This document shows, piece after piece, positions 13,866-26,500 of a DNA stretch of 64,000 nt (the first letter of the stretch is position 1; every line of letters begins with the position of its first letter). The DNA is from Amoebophrya sp. A120 (lineage: Eukaryota; Protista; Dinoflagellata): NCBI GenBank assembly GCA_905178155.1, contig CAJINV010000001.1:11825832-11889831 (forward strand). Reading direction: 5' to 3'. The notes beneath the pieces were generated by a model that did not search any database, was not told the origin of the DNA, and was given only the letters and a program-made list of their open reading frames with translations. The translations under genes and the position numbers were made by a program.

Positions 13866-16800
13866 TCACAGTGAGAGATTTCTCTTGCTGCCACCCGTGA
13901 GCTTCTTGCCGGTCGCGTAGAGAAACTTATCCAGCGAGCTGCTGATCGTGAAGATTCCGCCGATAATGACACAGAGGCTGGTGAGGAAGTGCGAGAACGG
14001 GATGAATCCCAACCGTTTCTGCACGAGGAAGGGCGAGAAGTCGTAGACTAGAAACACTCCAGGCAGCCCGGCTAGCTGCTCCGTGTTCACCAGTACGTTG
14101 CGGCTGGCCTCCGTGGAGGAGTACTGGTGCGAGTACTTTTTTGACGTCTCTGGGTACCGATCCTCCATGAAAATCGTGGGAATCAATTTGTTGTTATCAG
14201 AAGGGAAAGACGCCGCAATGAATCGCCATATGCAAGGGAGTTCTCATCTGCATCAATTTGGGTCACATTAATAAAATATCCTTGTTTGCTACGAGGGATC
14301 ATGCGGGCGTTTTTCACTTCGATAGATGTAGTAGTGAAACATGAAAGCGCCGTGGTCCACAATCTTCGACGTACCTTGTTCGTTTGATGTTTGTAGTGGT
14401 TCTGGTTTTCGAGTTTTACAACTTTAGTAAACGAACAGCGCACTGAAAAGACAAAAAAGAAAGAAAGGGAAAACGAACTGAGTGGGAAAATAAGTGTCTT
14501 TTTCTTGGAGGGGTTCGAACTGACAGGAAAAGAAGAGTTTTTGTGGAGGGCGGGGGTGATCGAACTGGGCAACATACAGAGAAGAAGGAGGAGGGGGGGA
14601 ACGAACTGCACACCAGGGAGAAGGAAAAGGGGGCCTCCGCGGTGCGCGAACTGACTGCGCGCGGCACCGTGCCGCCTTGGGCAAGCACAATGGACGCGCA
14701 ACAAGGTGCACACAGACCCATGGCGACGAGAAAGAGGCGCGCCAGCAGCGCGCCGCCATTCGTTGTAGCGGCAAGAAGCAACAGAACGATGCGCGTAGTG
14801 GTTGCAAATCACGCAGGACTGGACAGGGAAACACGCGACCAACCGGAGAAAATCGAGCGCCCCACCGTGTCTGAAGACGGGCCGGCGGCTTCCCGGCGGG
14901 CCGTCGAGGCCTCCCCGGGGCGCCTGTGCGTAGCTGTATGGCCTGCCACATAGGCGGCCGCTCTCCCTTGGCCCTTTCCTTGGACCTTTCCTCCAGATTT
15001 TGGCAGATTTTCGGCAAATTTTGGGGAGCTTTCAAAAACGCAAGCGCCGTGGTCCACGATCTTCGACGTACCTTGTTCGTTTGATGTTTGTTTGTATTGA
15101 TAGACTTCTAAACTTCGTGCAGTAATCCAAATGACAGCCTTCACTTTCATTATTTTCGCGAGGTTCTTCATTGAGCACCTTGAACAAAAGACTAACACTG
15201 CCACTGGAAGAACATCCCCTGGCTGAACGACCCACTGGCGTACCTTCCGGCGTATCATACTGAAAAGCGCATCCCATAGTGCAACCATTTGCAATACATT
15301 TGCGTTTTTCATCTCGCTGGTCAGTGTGACGAAAATCAGCTATCTGTGCTGATGGCACGCTTTGCAAACGCAAAATAAGAACATGCCTACTCCCCAAAAT
15401 TATCTGGTCGCAAGTATGTGCGATGTGCTTTTCTCTACAGCATACAGTGGCGCATCCACGAGGCCATTGAAGCGCGGACCAAACTGCAAGCGATTGATGA
15501 TGTGCGACGTGTTATCCTGAGTAAAAACGTACCCACACCAGAGTCAGGTTGGGGATTTTGCAACACAAACCTAGGAGTTTTGTGAGTCACGCATGACGCG
15601 TTGCACTCTGCAGTGTAGTGCAGGTTAGCAAGTGCAGCCGCCTCACAGATTCATCTGCTCATCCTGTTCACAGCATCACAAATTCCAAAACACGATTGGA
15701 AATGGCTCCCATGGGGATGCGCATTACAAGTCTTCCTGTCTTTGCAAATCTGCATTACAACTCTGGTGTGGGTACGTTTTTACTCAGGATACGTGTTGAA
15801 GCCCTCGGAAACGTCTCGGATGTTGAACTCGTGGACGTGTCTGTATGAAGTGCAAATTTGTCTGGGTCTGGAAGACTGCATGTTTGTCATGCTTGTCTGG
15901 CACGGCTCTCAAATCTGTCATGCACGTTACCCAAGACCAAGAGCACAAGACAATTTCTCAGCCATTCAGAAACGCAGTTTGTCATGCAGAACAGGCAACA
16001 CCTAGAAGCTCAGAAACCTGTCATGCTGAGCCAGCACTTGTGGCCTCCTCATGGTACGCCACCCAGCATCACAAGTTTCCAGACCCAGACAACATTTTTG
16101 CATTTGATAGTCTGCCCTGGCGAACAATGGACTTCCCCAGCGCCACGTGGACATTCCCGGCGACCTTCGACACGAGCACGTCGCCGTCGACGACGCAGCC
16201 GACGATGTGCTTGCACTGTTCGGACTCCTTCAGGACTTTGTAGTAGCTGAGCCCCGCTTGCGTGTACGCCTCCTTCAACGATTTGCAGTCGTTGCAGCAC
16301 GAGCCCTCGGGCATGTTCGAGGCCGCTGCGTAGCACGACAGACAGGCTCCTTCTGGCGCCACCGGGTCCTCGCCAAACCGCCCGAACCGATCCACGGGGT
16401 ACTTCTGGAGCCCGCCCGAGTCGATGTTGATTTGGTTCTCGCCCGACGAATCCACCGTGTCCACGGAAACCTCGTCACATCGCAGGTCCGGAAAGGTGAT
16501 ATTCAGCCCGATGGGTAGCTTCTCGTCGGTCGTCGTGTCCACCACGATGTGGTCCGAAATTCTCGTTGACAGGTAAAATCTTAGCTCCCCCGCGATCAGG
16601 ATCAGCATAGAAATGTACGTGAGCAGTGATATCGTGCCCCCGCTTTTCGTCTTTATGTTGTAGTCGTCATGCACCTTTTTGCAGAAGTTTTTTCAAAAAC
16701 GCTATATCCTCGACATTTTAATCGCGTCAAAATTTCCATTTACGAAAAAAACAAAGCACCCAGGGTAGAGCTCGGCCGCAGTGGAGAGTACTTTTATGCG

Positions 16801-16925
16801 TATTATACCTTGTTGTAGATATCAAACTTCTTGATGAAGGAGTCGCCGTCCCGCGCTGCCGGAGTCTCTGCACCGACGTTCCGCTTCCGTATCCCGCCAT
16901 CATTCATGTTGAAGTTGTCATCCAT
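13866..16925 (-). CDS. ERGIC3: ER-Golgi intermediate compartment protein (ERGIC3/Erv46 family)
   Basis: KKFDIYNK|VHDDYNIKTKSGGTIS, LNITFPDLRCDEVSVD, CLSCY, CCNDC, VSKVAGNVHVALG, FNTSHIINRLQFG, PLEG, MFHYYIKLIPT, PGVFLVYDFSP, FLTSLCVIIGGIFT. The conserved sequence is recovered only after removing four TIR introns and two GT-AG introns. Confidence 0.93.
14195..14324. mobile_element. Short degenerate TIR non-canonical intron (family C)
   Basis: Imperfect TIR TATCAGAAGGGAAAGACGCCGCAATGAATC / TATCGAAGTGAAAAACGCCCGCATGATC. TSD GTTGT/GATGT (1 mismatch). Removal gives FHYYI|KLIPT. Confidence 0.85.
14345..15091. mobile_element. 647-bp insertion (14395-15041) flanked by a 50-bp direct duplication that includes a splice acceptor
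   Basis: 14345-14394 and 15042-15091 are identical except one base (a synonymous ATT/ATC change). The intervening sequence has a GC-rich core and is unrelated to ERGIC. Confidence 0.8.
15253..15444. mobile_element. Highly degenerate TIR non-canonical intron (family D)
   Basis: Ends TATCATACTGAAAAGCGCATCCCATA / TATGCTGTAGAGAAAAGCACATCGCACATA. TSD CGGCG/CAGTG (3/5 match). Removal gives the conserved DAPL|EG. Confidence 0.7.
15513..15791. mobile_element. TIR non-canonical intron (family E), perfect TIR
   Basis: 32-bp perfect TIR TATCCTGAGTAAAAACGTACCCACACCAGAGT. TSD CGTGT at 15508-15512 and 15792-15796. Removal gives GFNT|SHIINRL. Confidence 0.95.
15844..16109. mobile_element. TIR non-canonical intron, family A (close to the 6192 copy)
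   Basis: Family-A TIR. TSD GTCTG at 15839-15843 and 16110-16114. Removal gives QGR-H-VHEFN. Confidence 0.95.
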
Positions 16926-17581
16926 CTTGCAGCCGAGAGAACCCTTATCAGGGAAGCGCACGGCCACTTGCAGACCGCAACAGTTATGGCTGTAAGTAGA
17001 AAATAAACCAATGAGAAGCAGGTCTTTGCTGTTGACCAAACTGCTCTCTCGCAAAAGGACGCGCAAGAGACAACGCTAAAGACGGGGGCGCGTTTCAGAC
17101 GCGCACCACGTGCGGCAGACACACGCTCACTCAAGCAAACTCAATGCTCGCCAGAAGGCGCTTTACCTACTAGTCCTCTCCTTTCTCGCTTCGCTCCTTC
17201 TTCGCTCAAATTTTTCGTGTGTGAAATAGTAGCGCTGCAATTGATCGCTGTCCTTGATATGCATGGCCAGCACATCTTCGTCGCATACACGGGTAGGAAC
17301 ACGCACGCACAGGCCCGGGAAACAGAGAGCCCGCTCCTCTCCTGCGCCAAAAAAAAAAGGCTTTGAATTATCTATAACTTCCTATTGATTCCTCCTCATT
17401 TTGCTCCGTTTACGTCCAGAAAAAAACACATAATCTACTCAAAAGATTCCATCTGTGACTCCTAGTTAACGTTTTTATGCAATTCATTGAGAGTAAAAAA
17501 TACGTTTATTAGGAACTAATTGCTATGCTAATTTCTAGCTTTCTTGCAGTTCTTCAAAAAAACACATCAGTAAGAACAGCC

Positions 17582-20500
17582 TCACTCCTTCCCGTAGCGG
17601 GCAAGCAAGTATGACCATTGCTTTCCAAGAGAGTGCAACAATGTGCCGTCCTCCCCGTCGTGGCCGCGTGGCGTCCTGGTGACAGGTGCAACCGCCGACG
17701 AGGCCATACTGTCGTCCGGGGACGCTAAAGACAACACGGATGCTTTTACGCCCTGGAAAGTGCTGTTTGAGTTGCTCGTCGTCGGTCGATTTCGTGCGGC
17801 GTACAGATTCGCGGGCGGGTTTAGCTTTTTCGGCGACGGCGACTTCCTGTGTGTCGTTTTTGGCGAGTTACTCCTTTTGCTCATTCTTGATCCCGTTCGC
17901 GGAGACAAGTCTTCCTGCCGGGCTCCTCGTCGCGATTTACTTGTGTGCTGCAGGTCAGCCAACAGGCCTGTCGGTACGAAGGGGTACGCGCTCCTGGATC
18001 CGAACCCTGCAGTTGCGCTGCTTTTCTTCGTGCTCGATGCAGCTGCCGAGCGCTGAGAGGAAGAACTCGTCGCCCGCTGATTTCGCGACAAAGTCGCAGG
18101 CTGGGAGGGTGGTCGTCGATTGGGAGAGGAAACTTTTTTTGCCCCCGTGCTGGCACTGCCTCTACTGTCGTCATTGTAGAATAACAGCGGTTTATTCCGC
18201 GGATAATTCGCGACATGCAGACTCTGCCCCGCAGTTTCCGACGCAGAATTCTCGGCGGACAGAGATACTTCCGGTATTCTTGCCGGGAAAAATGCTACGC
18301 TCTTTTCCAGACTCGCCGCTTCGATTTCTTGCTCATCGTCGGCGACCGCCGGCGTGACCACTTGCTTCTGTTCTTTCAATTGTGTCTCCAACTCGAAAAC
18401 TCTTTGAAAGAGCTCCAGATTTTTCGACGTCTTGCAGCGCAGCTCCTCCTCCAATGCCGCACGGTCTAGGGGCTTGGCTGCGTTGCTACTTCTGACAACC
18501 GGAGTGGTCCGCAGTAACGGAGATGGTGCCGTGATGCCGAAGCGAAAGGGCCGGGGTCCGTTGTCCTCCAATATCTGTGGCGATGAAGGAGGTTTCTTGT
18601 CTGCGATACCAACCGGCGTGGCCGCTGCGAACTGTTGTTCCCCGTCATTTCTATCGCTAGTCTCTTGATGTGGACTTTGCTCCTCTGGTCTTCCGAGAAG
18701 CGACGCCTGAAACTGCTCCAGGCTTTTCGCTAGCGGGGAAGAAGTTGAAGCTTGCGCAGTGTTGAAGTTGAAGTGCAGCAAGGGCGTCGTCCGAGATATC
18801 TGTTGTTCCAGCTTGTGGTGGAGACTGCGCATAAAATTCGGGCTGTCGCGGTTCAACACAGCAGTTTTCTCGACTGCAGCTATCGGAAGTTCTTGCGAAG
18901 GAGGCTGTTGTAGTATCACCGCCTCTCGTTCTTGTCCTTTCTCGTCGTCACACCGCTCTTCGTGGAGGTCTAACCGCAAAAAATCCGGGTCGCGCGAGAA
19001 CCGAAATCGCGGAATGAGCTCTGTTTCGTCGCTCGTCTCCGAGTAAAACAACGGATTCGGGGGCCCCTTTGCCGCTGCGCCTGATCGCACGGGCGGGGAA
19101 AACACCCTCGCTTCGGGCGAAAGCGGCTGCTGATCTGCCGCCGGATGATCCTTGCCGAGTTCCGGCGCCGCCCACTGAAACCCAGCAACCGTGCCGAACT
19201 TCTGCGATTGGGCTGCCTGCGCCTCGCCTTCCGGAAGTAAGATTTCTTTCGACGCTCCCGCTTCTGAGCGCTGCGGCATCGGAAGTTCCAACGGTAACTT
19301 CGATTGCAAGTTTTGCTGTGCGAGGACTTGCTCCTGCTGCTGCTGCTGTTCCAGCAAAGCCGCTTGCTGCTCACTTCTCGACGCGCTAGTTGTATCCGAA
19401 CCACGCTTCTTCCCGGCTAATTCTCGCATCCACAACGGCAAATCATCGTCGTTCCCGGATGAATTACGATTGTTCAGATCTTGCTCAATGTAGCTCGCCG
19501 TGGACCTCCGCTTTGCTGCGTTCACGTTTTCCCAGCCTTGCCGCACTTCGCTGGCCAAGGCGGGCGAGGAGGTGCTCCCCCCGGCGCTGCGCTCATGCGC
19601 TCTTTGCACGTTCTCCAGCACGATTTCTTTCTGCAGCTCTTTTATCTGCGAGGCCATCGCGGCCACGAGCGCCTGGATCTCCTGCTGATCTTGCTCGGAG
19701 ACGAACGTCTGCTGGTGCGCGACAACCAGCGCGCCATCGTACAGCTCGAGGCACTGCGCAAACAAGTCCTGTTGTCTGGCGTTTGGCGGTCCGTCGCGGA
19801 ACATGGTTTCTAGCCGCTTTAGGGCCATCTTCGCCGACTGGAGGGCGGGCGATGAATCCTCAGCCTGGGCTTTCGACTGCCGAGATTGTTCATTCGCGTT
19901 GGTTGTATTCGTCAGCTGCATCACTCCTGCTGGCGCTTGTGGCAAAGCGACGGACAATCGGTACGCGCTGCTCAGGTAGATTTGCGATTCCAACTCTCGG
20001 ATGCTATCCGCGACGAAGAGCCCCAGTTTTCTCTGCACCTCATCCGGGACCGCTTTCGTCGGAATATTTGCTTGTGATACTGCTGGCTGCCCAGCTGTTG
20101 TACCAGCAGACACCATAGCTTCCGCTTTGGTTGCGTCAAAGTAGGACTGGCAAAGCTCGCGAATCTTGGCGCGGAGCGCCTTCTGCTGCGTCGAAGCGGC
20201 GTTTTTCTCCAAACTTCCGAACGACTGATCCAAACGCTTCTCCGTGTTGTGCAGCTGATTCTGCAAAATTTCGCGCGGCAGCGCCGGACTTTGCGGGCCG
20301 CTGCTCGACACCGCAGCAGCCGCGGGAGCGGCGGGCGCCGCCGGCTTGGACAGTTGCACGTCCGCGGGCTGATCCATCAGCATCAGCGGCTCCCCGCGCG
20401 TCGCCCGGGCCAGGAGCTGCAACAGATCGGACGCCGCGACGTCTTGCAAAACGTCGTGCACCATGCGGGCGACGCGGTCCACGTGCTCGCACTGCGGCAG

Positions 20501-23500
20501 AAACCCGTTGCGCTGCAACAATTCCGCCTCGCGGGCGAGCTCGGTGTGAATCTGGCACAAATCTTGCAAGTCCGGGAGCAAACCAATGATATCTTCCGGA
20601 ACCTTCAACTCGTCCCGTACCCGCTGCACGCGTTGCAGCGCGCGCTCGGACGCTGCCCTCTGCTGCTCGCGCAGGTTGGTTTTGGTGCGCAGCGCCACCG
20701 CGCTAGAAGTAGTTGCATTACTAGAAAAATCTTTCGCAGAAGCAACCCCACTTGCAGAAGCTGCGTTTGTCTTGCCCCTCGCGCCACCGCCCAAGTAACT
20801 GTCTCTCGCCCCCGCTCGCGCGTCGCGCATTAAGCGATCCGAATGGTGCGTCATGATGTTGTGGGCCATGCTGACGACGCTTTGCGCTTCCAAATGCTGC
20901 AACTGCCGGGCAGCCGCGGCGTTCAATTTGAGAACCATCTCGTTTGCTCTCCCGACGCCGAGCTGCGCGGTCGGCACGATTTCCGCCTCGGCCAGATCGT
21001 GGATGTGCTCCACAAAGTGGAAGGCGGTGTGGAAAAACGTTCGCCTCTGCTCGGAGAGCCGCTCGGCCTCCTCCGCCTCCACACCCGCATACTCGTACAC
21101 CTGGCCGACCTCCATGGCGCACTTTTCAATGCGGTCCACCGCAGTGCCCGCCAGGCTAGCGAGCGCCGTGCCCTTGTTGTTACTTTTCACAATCTGCAGC
21201 TCATGCTCGGCGACTTCCATGGATTCGAGAACAACCTCGGTTTCCAGCTCCCGCTTCTGATCACAGATCGCGCGACGCAGCATCGTCATCGGGGCGGCGA
21301 CCGTGGCGCTCGTCTGTGCAATTGTGAGGAGTTTGAAATACTAATGAAAGTCGAATGCGAAGTATGTCTAATGTCTGTCACCATAGACCTCGACGAGACA
21401 GAAACTACAACTTACTGAGCGGAGAAAACGAACATTACTATCGCGAAACAAAACAAAAGCACGTTATACCCTTCCGTCTCCAGTGCCCAACGGCAGTGTT
21501 CCGCGCATTGACCGGTCGGACATTCTACCGCTCAACCTGTCTGCGTTCGCACTCAAGGACCGATCTAACAGACTGAGCTCGCGAATCTTCCGCATTTTCG
21601 CGTATTGGTTCCCAGTCGGTGCTTGCACGGAGAAGAGTTGGCTTTCGAGAAAGAAGACTTCCTGGTCTTCCCTTGACGACAAGGCGCGCACGGATGAACG
21701 GCTTGCCGCACCGACAAAACTGCGCGTCGTCATTCGGCTGTCCGTACTGAACATCTGCGGCGCGGCACCGAGCGGCTTCTTGCCCAAGGCGAAGTTCGTG
21801 TCTTGCTGGTTCAACACGGTGAGTTTATCCGGCAAAGGGGGTTGGTTCGCGCTATCCACCGCCCCCGCGGTTCCAAAGTTCTTCATCAGCCAGGGCAGCA
21901 AACTGGAAACCCCGAGGAATCCAACATTCTCCGCATCCTCGTTGGTCGCCAAAACCGCGTTTCCGTAGCCCAGAATGATCTCACTTTCCAGTTCCCGGAA
22001 CTGTTCCCGCGTCAGGTTCTCCAGCCGGGAGTTCACCAACGCTAAAGGGTCCTGCGCCATGGAACTGGAGGCACTGGCTTCCGTCTCGAAGCAGAGAAAC
22101 TGCAGCAGCAGCGCGCGGTCCGCTTGCGCGAGCGCCGCCGTCTCCATGTGGAGGCCAGTGCAGAGCTTCTTCACGCGCTGCAGTGCGGCGATGCCCTCCT
22201 GCTTCAGAAACGCATCGTCCGGGCGAAGCGCTGGGATCTGCACGTTGGGAAAAATCCCGCTCAAGCGCTGCGACGCGGGTCCCGCGCCGAGCGACGCGGA
22301 AAACAAGCCGGTGTCGGCTTCCCAACTTGCCAAAGCGGTTTTCATCGCCGCCGCGTTTTGACTACCGGCCCGCTTCTGCTGCAACAGCAACTGCACGTAA
22401 TCCCGCGCGAAACGGAGAACACCGGTCTCCAGCTCCCGCATCTTCAGAAGAGAAACGTCCTGCAGGATGGGCAAGTCCAGCGTCGTGGGTTCGAACCCCA
22501 CACTGGACATCTCTTGCAATAGTTGTACGTCGCGGGCGACAGCTGGGTGGGACGTCATATCCAGAAACTCCGCTAAAATGTGCGACAGCGTATCGACCTT
22601 CTGCCCCACTCGTCGCACCGCGAAGGCCCAGTCAGACGCATCATCATCAGCGGCCAGATTCCGTGACGTCGTCCGAATGTCGGGGAACTCAGAGGCTAAA
22701 CGGCCGGAAACAATCTCCGTCTCCACGTCACGCAACAGGCTCAGCATCAAATCTGTTTTGGGGTGTGGAATTCAGGTCTGGAAAAGGAAAGAGAAAAAAC
22801 GTTGGGACAGTATGCAAGGCTTTTGTTTGAAGCAGTAAGGTACAAGTAGGATCGAAACTAAAAAGTGTTCTATTTATACCATCCAGCGTCCGAGACGCAT
22901 CTGCGGCTTCCGCAATGGTGGTACTCAAGTCGCGCATGAGCTCCAACAGATCCTGTTGCCGTTCCGAAGTCTCCGATTCCATGAACAGATTCGCGATGCG
23001 TGTGCAAGCGCGCGCGGCCGCGGCTGCCTCGGCGGTGAGCGGCGGAGTGGCTTTTTTCGTCTTGTATCCGACCACCATCTGCATCTTCCGGGACATCATC
23101 AGCTCAGCCTCCAGCTCCCGAATTTCGTCGATCAACATGCTCACTGCGCCGACGGAAGTCGAGTCTGGCATCTGTCCGAGCTCCGAAATGCGACCAACGA
23201 TGCCAAGCTGCGCGCCGGAGAAGCTTGCTGAATCCCCCGGCACGTTCGCCGCGAGCTTCCGCAGCCGTGCCTGCGTGCGGATTGCCTGCGCTTGGATTAG
23301 CGGGTGCACTTTTACTTGGGTCTTGTCGGTCTTCGCATCTGGTGCTGCTGTGGGAGTTGCAGCTGTGCTCGTGCGGTCCTGCAGAGCCAGGAGCTCCGCA
23401 CGGGCCAACTGGTCCATCGCAGCCAATTGCCGAGCTTGTCCGCTTTCGGCAAGGCGACGCAGGACAACCGCTTGCATGTCAGACACAGCGACTTGCTGCA

Positions 23501-26500
23501 GCAAATCGTGCACCATGCGGCCAACCTGTGTTTGCGATAAATCTGAAATTCTCATTCGAATAAAACTTGAGGACACCAAAATAAACACGCATCATTCACT
23601 CAGGTTTCTGAAAAGAACCCCTTACAACGTAGTACATTCTAGTGAAAAAGGCATTGATCTTTAAGTGACTAAGTAAGTACCCTCGTCAGCTGCGCCGCTT
23701 GTGGTCCCGGCATTGACGTCGCGACGTGGGACAGCTGGAGCTCGATTTGCCGCAACTTCGACAAATCAGTGACAAATCCCGCGCCGGCCTGCTCCTGGTC
23801 CTGCAGTTCCCGCAGCTTCGCGACGCGCGCCAACACGCGATCCGACGCTGCTTGCAACCGCCGACTTGCTTCGACCGCCATGGAGTTGTCCGCGCTCGTG
23901 CCGGAGGTGTTTGGCAACGTCTTCCTGCCTGTTTTCCAGGTCAGGTGGTTCTCCAGAATTTTCTGACTCAATCCGATCAGCGCATCCGCTTCCAAATGTT
24001 GCACCTGCGCCATGGCGGCCCGGTTCATGCGGATGGTCACCTCCTGCGTCTTCGGGTCGCGGTTCACGCTCGACGCGGGAATCTCGCTGTCGCAAAGCTC
24101 GTAGATGTGTTCCACAAACCTCTGCGCGGTTGCGAGGGAGTCCTGCTTGGCGACCCGGTTCTCCGTTTGCGTCGCGCCGAAGTTCGTCTCGGCAACTTCC
24201 ACCGCCAAGGCCTCGATCCGCTGTACGGCGAGCGACCCCATGCGCGCAAGTGTGGACTCGTGCGCCGCGTTCGCGGCCGGTTCTTGGGGGGAATCTTCGA
24301 TCGCGAGAAGATTCCTTCGTTTCCTCTCCATGCTCTCCAGAACCACGTCCGTCTCTAACTCCCTCTTCTGCTCGACCAGCGCCCGGCGAATCGCGCAGAC
24401 CGCGGGGTTGGGCACCGAAACGCCGATGGAGATTTCTCTGGCGCTTTGAAACAAGCGGGACACCGACATGCTGGAGGACGCGCCCGGACTTCCGGACCGA
24501 CGGCGCTGCTGCTCGAGGTAGTTCCCGAGGCCTTCGTACTTCACGAGAGCAAGTTGCAAATTTTCCAACGACTCCACCGCGACCGCCTTGGCGGCCTGAT
24601 TCTGCGACGGCGCTACATCCGCGAACAAATCCGCTTCCTGTTGGTCGGGCAGTGTGCACGTGTTTACCCTCAACAAAGAGTTCTTGTGCAACGCGGAGAA
24701 TCGGCTTCCCTCCTTCAGCGAGGCCCGTGTGAAGTAACTGGAAAGCGGGAACCCGCGCTGTGCCGCGTGATCGCCAGCGGAGCGGAGTTTCATACTTGAC
24801 ACCCGCTTCTGCTGTTCTTTAAAACCGGAGGATGAATCAGCGGCATCGGCCGGCGAAGCAAGCTCGATATCCTGGTCGCCGACGACTCCGTGGTGCTCTT
24901 CCGCTTGCAGCAAAACTTCCTGGCCCCAGGCGATCAAGATTTCTGTCTCCAGCTCCTGGACCTGTTCCCGGACCATGTTCTCGACCAGAAACCGCAGCTT
25001 CGCGGTGGATTGTTGCTCCTGCGTACTGTCGTTCGTCCCCGCGGGCTTCAAAGCGACCTGGCTCAGTTCCCTTATCATGTGCACCCGTTCCGCCTCGGCG
25101 CCCGAAATTTCATACAGTTCCAGATCGGCCCAGAGAACCTGCAGGCGCCGCAGCGTTCGGACGCCCTGCCTGCCGAGCTCGTGCTGATCGACGGTTTCGT
25201 GGAGATCTTCCTCCGGGAACTTCAAGTTCGGGAAACTTCCACTGACCTTCGACGCAAAGCTCTGCGCCCCGCGCGCTCCACCCTGAGCGGTCAGGAGGTC
25301 TTGAGACACCTCCAAAAAGATCTCCTTTTCCAGCTCCCTGATCTCCAACAGCAGCAGATCCCTTTGATAGGCGTCCTCGCCCGAGAACTCGCGGTTGCCG
25401 TGCGCCATCATCTCTTTCAACGCGGATAACCGGCCCGCGTGCGGTTCGATCGTGCCGGCGAGGATGTGGAACAGAGTTTCAATCTTCTTCTGGGAGTGCG
25501 CGACGACATCCTCCCAGGCCCTCGTTCCGGGCAGCTCTACGGGGTTCTTCATCCTTATCTGTGCCGCGAGGTCTTCGTTAACATCATCGTCTTTCGCGGC
25601 GGAGGAACTGCTTGCGGCCTGCGGTTGTGCCACAACTGGAGCTGGCGGTGGGACTGGCGTTGCCTCCGCCCTGGGCGTCTCCTCGTCGTGCCGCACGAGC
25701 GTAATCTCCACGTCTTTGTGCTCCTCGAGGTGTGCAGCTAGCTCCTGGTGCTTCTTCCGCATGTTCTGCTTTTTCTTCGATTGGTCGCCATAGACCTTGT
25801 CCCGGAGAACCTGGTCGAGGTACTCGTCTTCGAGAGATTTTTTGCCCTTGTTGTTCTGCTTCTGCGACTCGCCTTCCCCAGCGGAGCGCGCCGCGGGGTT
25901 GGACGTGAGCAGGCCCGGGCTGCTGCGCCGCATTCTGGTAGTTGTACCTTTCTTGTTACTTTGGTTTTTGTTCTTTTGTCTTTCTTTTTGCTTCAACTTT
26001 TCCTCCCACTGCACCTGCTTGGCCGCGCTCCAAAAAACGAAAAACCTGTCGAAGAGCTTCTTCTCCCCGTGGGTGGTGAGTTTCTGGGCGGCGGCGGTTC
26101 GAACCTAGAGTAAGAGGAAGGAAGAATGGAATATGTGGTTAATCTCTTGTTTTGCGGTGATTTTCTAAAGCCTTGAAATAGGTAGGGATCGTGGGTAGAC
26201 TAATGTGGGAAGTCACTGTTTCGGTTTTCTTGCAACAGGAAACGAATTGGAATTGCAGCGGCTCGTGGTGCGATTATTTTTTTAACACGTGGACGACTAG
26301 TACGAAATGGCAATTGTTTCAACTTGGTAAGACGACAGACACAAATCAATGGACGAGAAGGAATAGGACGAGGAAAGCCAAAGCGTGCACGATTCTTGAA
26401 GCAAAAAGAACGAACCGACAAAATAGCAACATTTTCTACACAGCAACAACCGATGTCTATGTCACCTGTACTACGATGGGAGACAAGCAAGTAATCTGGC

